A stretch of DNA of 64,000 nucleotides from an uncultured delta proteobacterium (GTDB taxonomy: Bacteria > Desulfobacterota > Binatia > Binatales > Binataceae): positions 832,001-896,000 of the forward strand of contig CAVQEQ010000001.1 in assembly GCA_963711565.1 (NCBI GenBank). The letters run 5' to 3'. A model generated the notes under the pieces. That model was not told the origin of the DNA. It saw nothing but the letters and a program-made list of their open reading frames with translations, and ran no database searches. The position numbers and the translations under genes were made by a program. Below, one piece after another: positions 9,531-20,723 of the stretch (position 1 is its first letter; each line of letters begins with the position of its first letter).

Positions 9531-10694
9531 TCAATGAAATAAGCGGTGTGAGGCGAGATCGGCGCCGGCGCGCATCGCACGCAACTTTGCCCACGCGATT
9601 TCCTCCGCGACTTCACCGAGTCCGGCCGAAGTTTCGAAGCCGCAATCGGTTCCGGCCATCACGCGGCGCGGATCGCCGATCGCATTGGCGGCTCGCTCCA
9701 GGCGGTCGGCGACAACCTCGTGATGTTCGACGTAGTTGGTCTTGGTATCGATGACTCCAGTGACCAGGCTCATGTGATCAGGGAGCGGGAATTCCTTGAA
9801 GCATCGATATTCGTGCTGATGGCGCGGGTTCGCGGCCTCCAGCACGAGCGCGCCGACGTTGGCCTGGTAGAGGATCGGCAGAATCTGCGCCAGCGGCACG
9901 TCGAGATCGTGCGGCGCTTCGTAGTTGCCCCAGCATACGTGCATGCGGACGCGATCCGGCGCGATTCCGTGCAGTGCGCGATTCATCGCGGTGATATTCA
10001 GTTCGACGTACTCGAGGAAATCGGTGAGCGGACGGTCGGCGTATGACGTGTGCCGCTCCATCGCGAGGTCGGGACAATCGACCTGAAGCACAAATCCTTT
10101 CGATACTATGTACTCATACTCAGTATGTAATGCTTTGGCTACTGCGATTACATACTTTTCATAATTCTCGTAATACTCATTGAGCATTGCCGACGCGATT
10201 ATTCCCGGCGACGGCGCAGTCATGAAGGGCTCGGCAAATTTGTCGGGCTGATCGTCCAGAATACGCAGAGTGTCCTCGCATTCGAGCTCGACGGCGGCGC
10301 GGTCGCGGTAATGAACCTCGCCAATCGCCTTCGGCGCGTGGAGCAGATCGACCATCGAGCGTTGGAACATCGGCGCCATCATCTTGCGGAAGCTCGCGTA
10401 GCGAACCAGATCGCGCATGATGGGCCGCTCGCTTCGTCCGCCAAAGCCGGTCATTCGATGCTGCACGTAGGTGACGAAGCTTTCGCGCGATTGTTCGCCG
10501 TTGTTGCCGACATCGATTCCCGCCTCGAGTTGCTTGTGTACGACGTAGCGAGTGGATTCCTCGATCTCGCGGAGCATCGCGGCGCGATCGACTTCTTCGC
10601 CGCGACTGGTCTTCACCAGCATCGCGGTCAAACTCTCCGGGCGCGGCAGGCTCCCGGCGTGCGTGGTTAGAATACGGTTCTCGCTGCGAAGCAT
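9531..10694 (-). CDS. Cobalamin-independent methionine synthase II-like protein (single barrel)
   Basis: TTHAGSLPRP, HVCWGN, DCGF zinc ligands. Confidence 0.9.
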   Translation of the reverse strand: MLRSENRILTTHAGSLPRPESLTAMLVKTSRGEEVDRAAMLREIEESTRYVVHKQLEAGIDVGNNGEQSRESFVTYVQHRMTGFGGRSERPIMRDLVRYASFRKMMAPMFQRSMVDLLHAPKAIGEVHYRDRAAVELECEDTLRILDDQPDKFAEPFMTAPSPGIIASAMLNEYYENYEKYVIAVAKALHTEYEYIVSKGFVLQVDCPDLAMERHTSYADRPLTDFLEYVELNITAMNRALHGIAPDRVRMHVCWGNYEAPHDLDVPLAQILPILYQANVGALVLEAANPRHQHEYRCFKEFPLPDHMSLVTGVIDTKTNYVEHHEVVADRLERAANAIGDPRRVMAGTDCGFETSAGLGEVAEEIAWAKLRAMRAGADLASHRLFH

Positions 10695-10817
10695 TGTGTT
10701 GCCTCCCCGATTCGTTCGCTGGTTCGCGCTGCAACATATTGGTAGATCACGAGCGACGGTGCCACAATCGCGGCGAAGTCGATGGAAAGAGATTGAGCGA
10801 TTACAAGGAGGCTAGCG

Positions 10818-11546
10818 ATGCCAACGTTCAAGCGCGCCAACGTCTCGATATACTATGAGGAGTACGGGACCGGCTATCCGATTCTGCTGTTTGCACCGGG
10901 CGGGATGCGCTCGAGTATCGAGTTCTGGGCCAACAGCCCGTTCGATCCGACCAAAGAACTCGCGGCCGACTTCCGCGTGATCGCGATGGATCAGCGCAAT
11001 GCCGGCAAGTCGAGCGGGCCGATCACCGCTGACGACGGATGGCATACCTATACCGGCGATCACATCGCGTTGCTCGACCATCTCGGGATCAAGAATTGCC
11101 ACGTGATGGGCGGGTGTATCGGCGGGTCTTATTCTCTCGGAATGATCGAGGCCGCGCCGCAAAGAGTCAGCGCCGCGATTCTGCAGAATCCAATCGGCCT
11201 CAGTCCGCGCAATCGCGAAATGTTCTTCGCGATGTTCGACGGCTGGGCGCAAGCGCTGAAAGCAGACCGTCCGAAGCTTACCGATGCGGCGCTGCGGCAG
11301 TTCCGCGACCGGATGTACGGCACCGATTTCGTCTTCAACGTTTCGCGCGAATTCGTGCGTTCCTGCAAAACACCGATGCTGATTCTATCCGGCAATGACG
11401 ATTATCATCCCAAGGAAACCTCGAAGGAGATCGCCGCGCTCGCGCCGAACGCCGAACTTGTCGAGAACTGGAAGACACCTGACGTGATCGGCGCGACCGT
11501 GAAGCGCGTGCGCGAATTCCTGATCTCGCACATGCCGAAGAGTTAG
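10818..11546 (+). CDS. Alpha/beta hydrolase with a Cys in the nucleophile elbow
   Basis: MDQRNAGKS; GGCIGG elbow; GNDDYHP. Confidence 0.85.
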   Translation: MPTFKRANVSIYYEEYGTGYPILLFAPGGMRSSIEFWANSPFDPTKELAADFRVIAMDQRNAGKSSGPITADDGWHTYTGDHIALLDHLGIKNCHVMGGCIGGSYSLGMIEAAPQRVSAAILQNPIGLSPRNREMFFAMFDGWAQALKADRPKLTDAALRQFRDRMYGTDFVFNVSREFVRSCKTPMLILSGNDDYHPKETSKEIAALAPNAELVENWKTPDVIGATVKRVREFLISHMPKS

Positions 11547-13594
11547 CCGGCGAGCTGCTGCTTCAGCCGATCGGCGAGTCCGGAGAATCTTTCGGCGCGC
11601 GTGGCGATCGCATTGTTCAGCGTCGATTCGTCGCCAAGGATGACGACCGACGTTCTGCTGCGGCTCACTGCCGTATAGATGAGCTCCCGGGTCAACATCG
11701 CGACTGGTTTCTCGGGCAGAACGATCGCGATCGAATCGAACTCGGAGCCCTGCGCCTTGTGCACGGTCATCGCGTGGCTTAGCTCGACGAATTCTCGCAG
11801 CGCCTCGAATCGGAATGCGACGAAGTTGTCGCCGCGCGGAAATATCACCATCGGAAGTTGCGAGCCAGTGCCGCGCCGGACCCATAGTCCGATTCCGTTG
11901 TCGCCGTTGAAGAGTCCGCGTTCGTAGTCGTTGCGCAGCACGATCAGCGGCTCGCCAACCACGAATGGAGTGCGCTCCGCTGACACGCCCGCGGCTTCGG
12001 CGGCGCGCGAATGAAGGCGCGCGTTTATTCGCTCGGCGCCGGTCTCGAAGACCCGCGTCACGCACAAGATGCGCGATTTCCCGGCGTGCGCAAACAGGCG
12101 GCGCAATCGCACGCAGTCGGCGTCATCGAAACGGCCGTCGCGTTCCACGTATTCATGCGCAATCAGTTTTGCGATTTCCGTCCCGCCGCGAACTCGATCG
12201 GTCTGCCAGCGATCCAGAAACGAGCCGAGCTCGCGCGGAGCGGCCGCAAGAAATTCGACGCCGGTGAAGGCCAGCTCTTGCGGTGATGAGCGCCGCACTA
12301 CAATCGGCGCATTCGCGTCGTCAACCGAGTTCAGCAGATTGGCGTCACCGTCGTTAATGGACTGCGCCGCGAGCAAGATCGCTCGGCCTGCGGCATCTTC
12401 GCTGTTCATTCGATGATTCACTTCGAGTCGCATCGACGCCGCGGCGAGCGGACCGACCCGATCCTCGGCGGACGGAACCAGCGCGCCGAACACGGAGCCC
12501 GCGGCGACCGACGGCAACTGGTTTGCATCGCCAAGCAGGATCAACCGTGCGCCCGGCTGAATCGCGTTCGTCAGCCGCTCCATCAAAGTGACATCGAGCA
12601 TCGATCCCTCGTCAACAACAATCACCTTTGCTGAGAGGGGGTTATTGCGATGATGCCGGAAGCGGCGCGATTCGGGCGAATAACCAAGCAGGCGGTGAAT
12701 AGTCGCCGGCTCGAGATGCGCATCGAGGAGCGCCTGGTCCACAGCGTCGCGCTCTTCAATTCGAGTCAGCGATTCACTGATGCACTCGCCCATCCGATAG
12801 GCCGCTTTCCCCGTCGGAGCCGTCAGGGCAATCTGAGAAGGATCGACGCCAAGCCGCACCATCAGGCGCATGATCGCGACGACGATCAACGTCTTGCCGG
12901 TGCCGGGACCGCCCGAAATAACTGTCAATCCTGCGCGCGCCGAAGCGGTAATGACGCGACATTGTTCATCGGACATCGCAATCCGCTTGCCTTGCACAAT
13001 CACCGGACGAGCAATCACATCGTGAAGCGCGTGGGCAAGTTGTTCCGCGTCCGGTTGCTCCTCCGGACGAGTACTCAGCAGCGCAGCCAGTCGAATAGCC
13101 AGTTCGCGTTCACAGTAATAGATACTCTGATGCATTATGTACGGTGCGATATATAGTAGAGGCTTGTAGTCATCCTCTTGCTGACCGACAACGGCTGACG
13201 CACGGTTGGATTGGAGAAGAACGTCGATCGCAGTGGCTATCGTATCGACAGCACCGGCGCCAAAACCTTCCGCAGACAGGGCACTCAGTACGCGACGCAT
13301 TGGAGCGTAAGAGAGTGGGCCGGTTACCGGAAAGCGGGTACTTCCTTCCTGAAGCGCGACCAGAGAAACCAGAATGAGCACGATCAGCGCCATTCGGTCA
13401 TCGGCTTCCAGAGCCGGTTCAAGGGCGGCGAGCTCGGCGGCCAAGTGGACGGTCTCAGGGGCGAGATTGAGTCCGGCGACCGCGACCTCGAGCGCGCGCA
13501 TGCGCGCTTCGAAAGCGGACGGGCCGCCGCCGCGGGCCGATTCGAAGCGTCGCCACGCAGTATCCAGTCCGAGTAGTGAGTATCTATCGTTCAC
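11543..13594 (-). CDS. recD: Exodeoxyribonuclease V alpha subunit
   Basis: GGPGTGKT, TIHRLLG, VDEGSM, GDANQLPSV, TVHKAQGSEF, YTAVSR. Confidence 0.95.
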   Translation of the reverse strand: MNDRYSLLGLDTAWRRFESARGGGPSAFEARMRALEVAVAGLNLAPETVHLAAELAALEPALEADDRMALIVLILVSLVALQEGSTRFPVTGPLSYAPMRRVLSALSAEGFGAGAVDTIATAIDVLLQSNRASAVVGQQEDDYKPLLYIAPYIMHQSIYYCERELAIRLAALLSTRPEEQPDAEQLAHALHDVIARPVIVQGKRIAMSDEQCRVITASARAGLTVISGGPGTGKTLIVVAIMRLMVRLGVDPSQIALTAPTGKAAYRMGECISESLTRIEERDAVDQALLDAHLEPATIHRLLGYSPESRRFRHHRNNPLSAKVIVVDEGSMLDVTLMERLTNAIQPGARLILLGDANQLPSVAAGSVFGALVPSAEDRVGPLAAASMRLEVNHRMNSEDAAGRAILLAAQSINDGDANLLNSVDDANAPIVVRRSSPQELAFTGVEFLAAAPRELGSFLDRWQTDRVRGGTEIAKLIAHEYVERDGRFDDADCVRLRRLFAHAGKSRILCVTRVFETGAERINARLHSRAAEAAGVSAERTPFVVGEPLIVLRNDYERGLFNGDNGIGLWVRRGTGSQLPMVIFPRGDNFVAFRFEALREFVELSHAMTVHKAQGSEFDSIAIVLPEKPVAMLTRELIYTAVSRSRTSVVILGDESTLNNAIATRAERFSGLADRLKQQLAG

Positions 13595-16500
13595 GTAAAT
13601 AGCTCGGAGTCTGAGTTGTCATTCATCAGTTCGGATTCATAAGTGACTATTTCATTCCACGACGGTCGCGCGAAATAGAATCCAGTCTTGCCGTCACCGG
13701 GATGCAAGACGCCTCGAAGAAAGACATAGAGGAGGCCGCCGAATCTCGAGTCGTATTCGCGCTCGTTGTGGATAGCGAGCAGGCGTACTACACCGACTGA
13801 GTAAATTCGCGCCTGCAACCGGTAGTGGCGGTCAACGTGCCGCGCGACCGCGGCCGGCTCATACGACGGCAGCAGATCGCCCTTCCAATCGGCGAAGTAC
13901 ATCAGGTTGTCGCGCCGGAACACCAGATCGATGAACCCCTTGATGTAGCCGCGTCCGACCGTCCACGCGCCGTCCGGGCCGTCACCCAGCATCGTGTGAT
14001 GTCTCTCGGGAATCGGATACGCGAACTCCATTTCGCGGACCTCGGGAAGGCGGAACAGCCCGCCGCCGAGTTCCGTTTCACCGAGTGCGACCTTCGAGGT
14101 GAGAGCGTTGAAGACTATCTCGCGCCCGCGGTCCAGCCATCGCGGATCATTCACGCCGCGTCGGCGCATCGCACTTGCGAATAACTCGCGCACGTCTTTA
14201 CGCGCCATCCATGCTTGCAGATCCGGTGCGTCGCCAAAGGATTTGAAATCGAGCTTCTCGATGGCCTCGTGCAGGAAAATGCCGACGTGGCGGCCGCCGG
14301 GCAAATCGAAGCTGTCAACGCGCGCCTCGATCGCGTCGACACTGGTTTTGAATTCATCCGGCTCCGCCGCTTGGAGCGAGGTATAAGATTCGATGATCAG
14401 GCCTCGATGCGAGGTTCCTAAGTCGGCGAGCTCGCCATCGAGACCGGCTGGCCGCGACGTTGATTCGAGCCAGTCGCACAACGCGCTGTCGTCGAGCGGC
14501 GTCGCGACCTTCTCTGCTTCGACCGTTGAATCTGTCGGCTCCGGAACAACGACGGCTTCCGTCGTGAAGAGCGTCTTCGTTCGAGCGTCGCAATCGAGGG
14601 TGCGCAGTCGATCGTTTAATTGCTTGTAAGATCCTCTCAGGTCTTGCGTCAGTGTGTCGTCTGGAACGTACGGCAGTAACAGCTTCGCGCGCTCTCGGGT
14701 CAGCGCGACGTAGAGCAACCGCTGATCCTCCTCCGTCTTCTCTTTTGCGATCGCAATCTTGGCCAACTCCCGCGCGGGTTTGCCGATCGCGAGGCGCTGT
14801 TCATTTCCAAGATGAAAAATGCTGACAGGATCGGGGAGAGTGCTCGCGAAGAATCCGCCGTAGAGTGCAACTACGTCAGCCTCGAGGCCTTTGCTCTTGT
14901 GGATCGTCATGACTTGCACGGCGTCGCGGTCGTCTTCGAAGCGTTGCACGTTGGGATCGTCCCCCGCCGGGCTGGTACGCTCCGAAATATACGCGTCCAG
15001 AAATTCGATTATTTCGGCGAGCACAACTCCGTGCCGCGATGCATTCTGAATCAGAATCTCGAAGATGTGTTCATAGTTCGTGAGTTCACGGCGGCCGTCG
15101 GACAAAAGCAACTCGCGCTCGACCAGTCCGCTCTGATGGAGCAGTGCATCGAACAAATCGGCGAAACGTCCGGCCTCGGCAAGCGCGCGCCATTCGAACA
15201 GCCTTTCAAGCATCGGCTGCGAATTGCGCTCGTCGTCAAGGCGCGCAAGGTCGCTGTGATCGACGGCGAAGAAAGGCGTTGCCCACGCCCTGAGCCGGTT
15301 CGACCGCCGGCCGGGCTCGTCGATTCCCCTGAGCACGTCGAGAATGTAGGCGGCCTCGCGAGTCTGGAACAGCCCGTCCTGCTTGTAGAAGGCGTAGGGA
15401 ACGCCGGCCTGGCGCAAGTATTTGCCAATTTCGGCGCTCTCGCGATTGGTCCGGGTAAGGACGTAAACGTCTCGAGCTGAAATTCTGCGCGGCTCTTTTC
15501 CCTCGTCGCAAATTTTGATCGCGTGTTCCGGCTCCAGGATGATGCGGCTTATCGCTTGTGCGATTCGCATACCGATTGCTTCGCGCATGCGCCGCGAAAA
15601 CTTGTATCGGTCATCGCGGGGCTGGAACTTCAGAAGAGTTACCGGCACGATCGACTCGCCGTTCGTCGCGATGGCTCTGAGAGCAGGACTCCCGCACGTC
15701 ACTGGATGACTATAAGTGATCTCGCCATTGAACAGCGGAACCGAGGCGCTTTGATCGAACAGCAGATTGCACGCGTCGATCATTTCCGAGGTCGATCGGA
15801 AATTCTCGCGCAGGGGAACGGTCGTCGCTCCCGCCTCGGAGAGTTGCTTGCAGGCTTCGAGGTAAGCGTGAACGTCGGCGCCGCGGAATCCGTAAATGGC
15901 CTGCTTGGGATCTCCGATTACGTAAACGAGATTGCCGCCGCCGCCCTCGACGAACACCTCGCGAAAGATTTTCCACTGAAGTTCGTCCGTGTCCTGGAAT
16001 TCGTCGATCAGCGTAACGCGGTAACGATCGCGCAACGTCGCCGCGAGCGATTTGCCGCGAGGCCCCTCGAGCGCGTCGGCCAGCCACGCCAGCATGTCCT
16101 CATAGTCGAGCGTTCCGCGCTCGCGCTTCCGCGCGTCCATCCGGTTGACGACGGCTGGCAGCAATTCGTCCACCAGACGCTGATCGATGGCCAGCGCGGC
16201 CTGCACTCGCTCTGTTGCGTTGATGACCAGGCGCACGCGATCCGTCATCTGGTCGGGAAAAAGCGGGCGCTTTTCATTTCGCGTGCGGCGGACGCTCTTT
16301 GGATCGCAGATGCGATCGAGATTGAAGCTGCATAGACCTTGGGCGAGGAACCTGGTCGATCCGTTCGCTTGATCTACGATCAACTTCAGCTCTTCCGTCG
16401 CTGCGATAGCTTCGAGCCGGGCATCCTCTGTGATCGCCGCACGCTGGTACGCGTCGATCAGCACTTCTGCATCGAACGCGCTCGCGAGATCGGTCAACGC

Positions 16501-17085
16501 CTGCTGATTGAGATCGCGCCCCGCGGTTCGCAAGTAGCGTTGAGCGTGGGCCCGCCACAGCAGATCCTCGAGCTTCGCTGAAGTGCGCCCCTCATCCGAG
16601 AACCATTCCGCGATGAGCCGCTGGACGCTTTCGTCCGACTTCAGCCGTTCGCGCAACTCGGCGCGAATGGCCTCGTGAAACTCGAGCCGGCCGCGCGCAA
16701 GATCAAGTCCAAATCGAACGCCGCTGTCGAAAGCGAGTTCGGTAAGCATTCGATGGCAGAAGCTGTGAATCGTGTGGATCGGCGCATGATGAAATGTATC
16801 CAGCGCGGTCCTCAGCCTGTTCCGCTCGCCGTCAGCAAGATCATGCCCGGACAGCACGGCCTCGATCGTCGCACGGATTCGCGAGCGGAGTTCGGCGGTC
16901 GCCTTCTCGGTGAACGTCACGATCAGGATTTGATCGAATTGAGCGGTACCGGTGCGAAGAAGGTCGACGACGATCTGCTCAATCGTAAACGTCTTGCCGG
17001 TGCCCGCGCTGGCGTCGATAACCTTGTGCCGGCCGTCGAGAATCTGATCGAGGATCGCGGGCCGATGGTATTCGGTCGCACTCAT
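13591..17085 (-). CDS. recB: Exodeoxyribonuclease V beta subunit
   Basis: ASAGTGKT, DEFQDT, GDPKQAIYGFRGAD, TIHKSKGLE; nuclease GFIDLVF…ADWK. Confidence 0.95.
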   Translation of the reverse strand: MSATEYHRPAILDQILDGRHKVIDASAGTGKTFTIEQIVVDLLRTGTAQFDQILIVTFTEKATAELRSRIRATIEAVLSGHDLADGERNRLRTALDTFHHAPIHTIHSFCHRMLTELAFDSGVRFGLDLARGRLEFHEAIRAELRERLKSDESVQRLIAEWFSDEGRTSAKLEDLLWRAHAQRYLRTAGRDLNQQALTDLASAFDAEVLIDAYQRAAITEDARLEAIAATEELKLIVDQANGSTRFLAQGLCSFNLDRICDPKSVRRTRNEKRPLFPDQMTDRVRLVINATERVQAALAIDQRLVDELLPAVVNRMDARKRERGTLDYEDMLAWLADALEGPRGKSLAATLRDRYRVTLIDEFQDTDELQWKIFREVFVEGGGGNLVYVIGDPKQAIYGFRGADVHAYLEACKQLSEAGATTVPLRENFRSTSEMIDACNLLFDQSASVPLFNGEITYSHPVTCGSPALRAIATNGESIVPVTLLKFQPRDDRYKFSRRMREAIGMRIAQAISRIILEPEHAIKICDEGKEPRRISARDVYVLTRTNRESAEIGKYLRQAGVPYAFYKQDGLFQTREAAYILDVLRGIDEPGRRSNRLRAWATPFFAVDHSDLARLDDERNSQPMLERLFEWRALAEAGRFADLFDALLHQSGLVERELLLSDGRRELTNYEHIFEILIQNASRHGVVLAEIIEFLDAYISERTSPAGDDPNVQRFEDDRDAVQVMTIHKSKGLEADVVALYGGFFASTLPDPVSIFHLGNEQRLAIGKPARELAKIAIAKEKTEEDQRLLYVALTRERAKLLLPYVPDDTLTQDLRGSYKQLNDRLRTLDCDARTKTLFTTEAVVVPEPTDSTVEAEKVATPLDDSALCDWLESTSRPAGLDGELADLGTSHRGLIIESYTSLQAAEPDEFKTSVDAIEARVDSFDLPGGRHVGIFLHEAIEKLDFKSFGDAPDLQAWMARKDVRELFASAMRRRGVNDPRWLDRGREIVFNALTSKVALGETELGGGLFRLPEVREMEFAYPIPERHHTMLGDGPDGAWTVGRGYIKGFIDLVFRRDNLMYFADWKGDLLPSYEPAAVARHVDRHYRLQARIYSVGVVRLLAIHNEREYDSRFGGLLYVFLRGVLHPGDGKTGFYFARPSWNEIVTYESELMNDNSDSELFT

Positions 17086-20000
17086 TTGAATATCCCAATT
17101 ATTGGCCCAAAGCGGCGGGCGACGATCGCTTCGATCTCTTCTTCACTCGGAGGATCGAAATCGACGGCATTTCGCACTGGTCCGTATTCGGAGCTGCTCC
17201 GCGAGAAATCGTTGAAGCGGACGACGTTGACAGTTTCGATCAGGTCATGAGGCTCAGCGGGCTTGTTAAACACCTTAACGACTTGCTCGACCGCTTCGAT
17301 CGGCAAGAAGTAGTCGTTGCCCGTCGAGAGTAGATCGCCTGCGACGGTTGCCAGAAAGGCGAGCGCCGAGTCGCGGTCGATCATCGTGAACTCGCGAATC
17401 CATTCTTTCGGATTTGTCGATTCCGTTCCGATCACGAGTGCGCGAAATTTGTCCGGCAACTTCGCACCCGTGGCAGCGAGAACGATCGCGTTCAGAAATG
17501 CCGGGAGAAAATCTTTCGGCTTGACCTTCTTGTGCATCACGCAGTTGATCGCAACGCCTGTCTCCGCCGAAACGCCACGAATCGTTCCGTAGAGGCCCAC
17601 GCGCTGCGTAGTCGTTCCATCGTGACGGCGCACTTCTACGTCGAGCGCAATCGGAGCAAGAATCTCGGCGGCCTCTGCGAACTCGTCCGCGCGTCCGATT
17701 CGGATATCCTTCCATCCGGCGAAATCGCTCACGCCGGCTTGGGAAGCCTGCGCGATCCATTTGCAAAGCGCCGACGTGTCAGCCTTTTCAGCGGCCTCAG
17801 CGAACTGCCCGGCGGGAGCCTGCCCGTAGGTCTGCGCAATGCGGATTTCGCGCGCGTACTCTTCGTCGAGGACATCGAGCTTGCCGCCGGCACGCCAGAA
17901 GACATTGCGCAGCGTGACAACGCGATCGAGTCGCGACTGCTCGATCGGTTCATCCTCCGCCTCCTCCGGCGCATCCTCGTCCTCGAGCATTCCAAGCGAA
18001 TAGCGCGCGGCGCCTTGCAGAGGACATTCCAGATATTTTCGAATCGCCGCAATCGGCAGTGCGAGCTCTTCCGCCGGCGCTGAGTTTGTTGCGGTCTGCG
18101 GTGATTCGAATTTGGCGAACTGGAGATCCTTTTCGACGCGCGCGCGCAATTTCGCACCAAGACTATCCAGCAGCCTGTCACCGTCCAGTTTTGTTCGGCC
18201 AGGTGTGGCGGCATCAATCTTTTCTCGGAGCGCGAGCATCCGGGCACCGCGGCGCGCATCCAGGTCGAAGCTTACGAATCCAGGCTCGCACTCTGACGAA
18301 GCGTCTGCGTTGAATTCTGGAAAATATTTCAAGTCGTAGCGGCTGGTCGGATGTTTCACCGTCAGCATCTCGAGCGTTTTCGCATCGACGAAGCCGAGCA
18401 GCATCTCCTGCATTTCACGAATGACCGGCGAGGGTTCCAGGTCGTCGCCGGTCTTCGCGTTGCGCGCGATGTAGGACAAAAAAATCCGCTCGCGCGCCGC
18501 CAGGATCGTCTCGAGGAACAAATAGCGGTCGCGCTCTGCCGGAGAGACATCTCCGGCGACGCGCTTGAGCGTCCGCAAATCGAGCGGATCGCTATGTTCG
18601 CGCTCGGGAAAGACCGCGTCATTCAGCCCGAGCCCAAAAATCACTTTGAATGGAATTGAGCGCAGCGACGTAAGCGATCCAATCGCGACGCCGCGCCCTG
18701 AGTATTGTCCGCGGCGCGATTCGAGATCGGTGACTCGCGCCGCGACGATCTCGCGCGCCGACTCGTACGACATCGGACCGACGCGCAGTGCCGAGTCGCC
18801 AATCGCCTCGATCGCTTCGAGGAACCTGTCCCTGACCTGCTCGTCGAGCGCGCCCTCCGGGCGGATGTACGCGCTTACAAATTCGCCGAGCATCAGCGAC
18901 CATTCCCGCGGCGTCAGGCGCGCATCGCGAATCAAAAGCGCGTCGGCGATCAACGTCCGCGCCATCCGCATGAATCGCGCGGCCGACTCGAGTTCATCCT
19001 GCGCGACTTCGCCCGGCAAATAGCTCGGCGCCGTTGCTCCGCTGGCATAATACGCGGGATTTCCGCCGCGCTGAGCCGTCACCATGGTGCCAAGCGCGAG
19101 GCGTTTGATCGCCTGATCCCAATGGTAGAGGCCGCGCGGGATGTAGGTATCCTTCAGGTCGTAGTCGTCGGCGCCGAAGAAAATCCCCAGCGCCTCGCTC
19201 CATCGCCGCCACTTCTTGAGATCGATTCCGGTATCGCTTTCGTTGTTCAGCGCGGGATGCGTCAACAGCCGGATCATCTCGGCGCGCGAGAAGCGGCCCT
19301 TCGGCAACTGCAGAAGCAAGTTGACGGCTTCGGCGACGCGACTCGCGCCGGCGAGACTGCGGCTGACTAGATCGATCGGGATTCGATGCTGCTTGCGAAA
19401 GACGCTCTCGATTTGCGCCACGTAGTCGTCAACCGCCGAGTCTGGAATCAGCACCGCGATTTCGTGAAAGCGAATGCGCTCGGCGTTGCCCTCGGCGGCA
19501 AGTTTTTCGTTGCTGCGAACGATCGACCAGATTTCGTTCGCAACAATTTCCGCTTCGCGCCGGATTCCCGGACATGCGAGGAAACTGATTCGCGGTTCCG
19601 ACGGCTTGCCCCGGCCATTCTCGACATGCGCGGGCTCGGGCGCGCGATCGAGGATATTTTGCTGAAGCTGTTCGAGCACCGTCGGCGTTTCGCCGGAGAC
19701 CGGATCGGAGAAAAGCGGTGCAAAGTCGCATTGCGACAGTTCGTTGAGCAGCCGGATGTATTCGCGGCCCGGCCGCCCCCAGAGCCGCAGTGCGGGCGGG
19801 TCGGGCGATCCATTCAACAAGAAAGGGTCTTCGGATTCGTCCAGTTTCTCGCCGACTCTGTCCTGCCGATGAGCCCATCCGCTCAGCGCGCCGCGGCGTG
19901 AGGTATCAACGTCGTCCCAAAACTCGCGGCATGGATTGAGCGCGTATATCCGAATGTCGCCGAGCGCGCCGAGCCGCGCGAAAATGTCGGCATAAGCATT

Positions 20001-20687
20001 TCCGGCGTACGAGGAACCGAACACATGAAGCGTACTGTGCATCAACGCTTTGAGTTGCCGGTCGTCGATCGCCTCGAAAGCGTCGGGCAGCATCATCAGT
20101 CGAGTCTCGCGCAGCGACAGCCATTCCTCACGCACGCGACCGTGCGAATCGAAAACCGACTGCCACAAATGCCGCTGCCATCGCTCGGTCTCGCTCATCG
20201 CGTTGAGGTCGGAGCGCCGGGCGGCGCGCCACTTCACGATCATGCGCCGCCGCGAAATCGAGTATTCACGAAACAGCCGCGCCAACTGCGCGGCCAGCAA
20301 GAGTGTTCTGAGCTCGACATCGGCGTCAGTTTTGGAACCCCCGAGGATGTAGTCGCGCGCGGGCTTCATGTCGGGGTCGTTGCGATGGCTGGAGCTTCGC
20401 AAGCACTCGAAGATGACGAGCTGGAGCTCATCGGCCTCGAGGATCCTGAGGTTCTTGTCCGTCGATTGGAGAAGCTCGGCGAGATAGCCGCGCAGGAACG
20501 GGAACTTCAAATTTGCCGCGACGCCGATCGATTCGGCCAGCCGATAGCGAACGAATTGCTCGACGACGCGGTTCGGCACGACAATCGAGACCCGCTCGAG
20601 CGGATCGCGTCTCTGATGCGCGGCTACGGCTTCGGCCAGCGGTGCGATCAGATTTTCGAGTCGATTTGAGTAATGAAGACGAATCAT
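17082..20687 (-). CDS. recC: Exodeoxyribonuclease V gamma subunit
   Basis: LHYSNRLENL, LNPCREFW, LWGRPGRE, RSIPFKVI, DRYLFLE; 4-bp overlaps link recC-recB-recD. Confidence 0.95.
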   Translation of the reverse strand: MIRLHYSNRLENLIAPLAEAVAAHQRRDPLERVSIVVPNRVVEQFVRYRLAESIGVAANLKFPFLRGYLAELLQSTDKNLRILEADELQLVIFECLRSSSHRNDPDMKPARDYILGGSKTDADVELRTLLLAAQLARLFREYSISRRRMIVKWRAARRSDLNAMSETERWQRHLWQSVFDSHGRVREEWLSLRETRLMMLPDAFEAIDDRQLKALMHSTLHVFGSSYAGNAYADIFARLGALGDIRIYALNPCREFWDDVDTSRRGALSGWAHRQDRVGEKLDESEDPFLLNGSPDPPALRLWGRPGREYIRLLNELSQCDFAPLFSDPVSGETPTVLEQLQQNILDRAPEPAHVENGRGKPSEPRISFLACPGIRREAEIVANEIWSIVRSNEKLAAEGNAERIRFHEIAVLIPDSAVDDYVAQIESVFRKQHRIPIDLVSRSLAGASRVAEAVNLLLQLPKGRFSRAEMIRLLTHPALNNESDTGIDLKKWRRWSEALGIFFGADDYDLKDTYIPRGLYHWDQAIKRLALGTMVTAQRGGNPAYYASGATAPSYLPGEVAQDELESAARFMRMARTLIADALLIRDARLTPREWSLMLGEFVSAYIRPEGALDEQVRDRFLEAIEAIGDSALRVGPMSYESAREIVAARVTDLESRRGQYSGRGVAIGSLTSLRSIPFKVIFGLGLNDAVFPEREHSDPLDLRTLKRVAGDVSPAERDRYLFLETILAARERIFLSYIARNAKTGDDLEPSPVIREMQEMLLGFVDAKTLEMLTVKHPTSRYDLKYFPEFNADASSECEPGFVSFDLDARRGARMLALREKIDAATPGRTKLDGDRLLDSLGAKLRARVEKDLQFAKFESPQTATNSAPAEELALPIAAIRKYLECPLQGAARYSLGMLEDEDAPEEAEDEPIEQSRLDRVVTLRNVFWRAGGKLDVLDEEYAREIRIAQTYGQAPAGQFAEAAEKADTSALCKWIAQASQAGVSDFAGWKDIRIGRADEFAEAAEILAPIALDVEVRRHDGTTTQRVGLYGTIRGVSAETGVAINCVMHKKVKPKDFLPAFLNAIVLAATGAKLPDKFRALVIGTESTNPKEWIREFTMIDRDSALAFLATVAGDLLSTGNDYFLPIEAVEQVVKVFNKPAEPHDLIETVNVVRFNDFSRSSSEYGPVRNAVDFDPPSEEEIEAIVARRFGPIIGIFK

Positions 20688-20723
20688 CGCGGCACAACTA
20701 TGGATCGCGGCCCGGCGTTTAGG

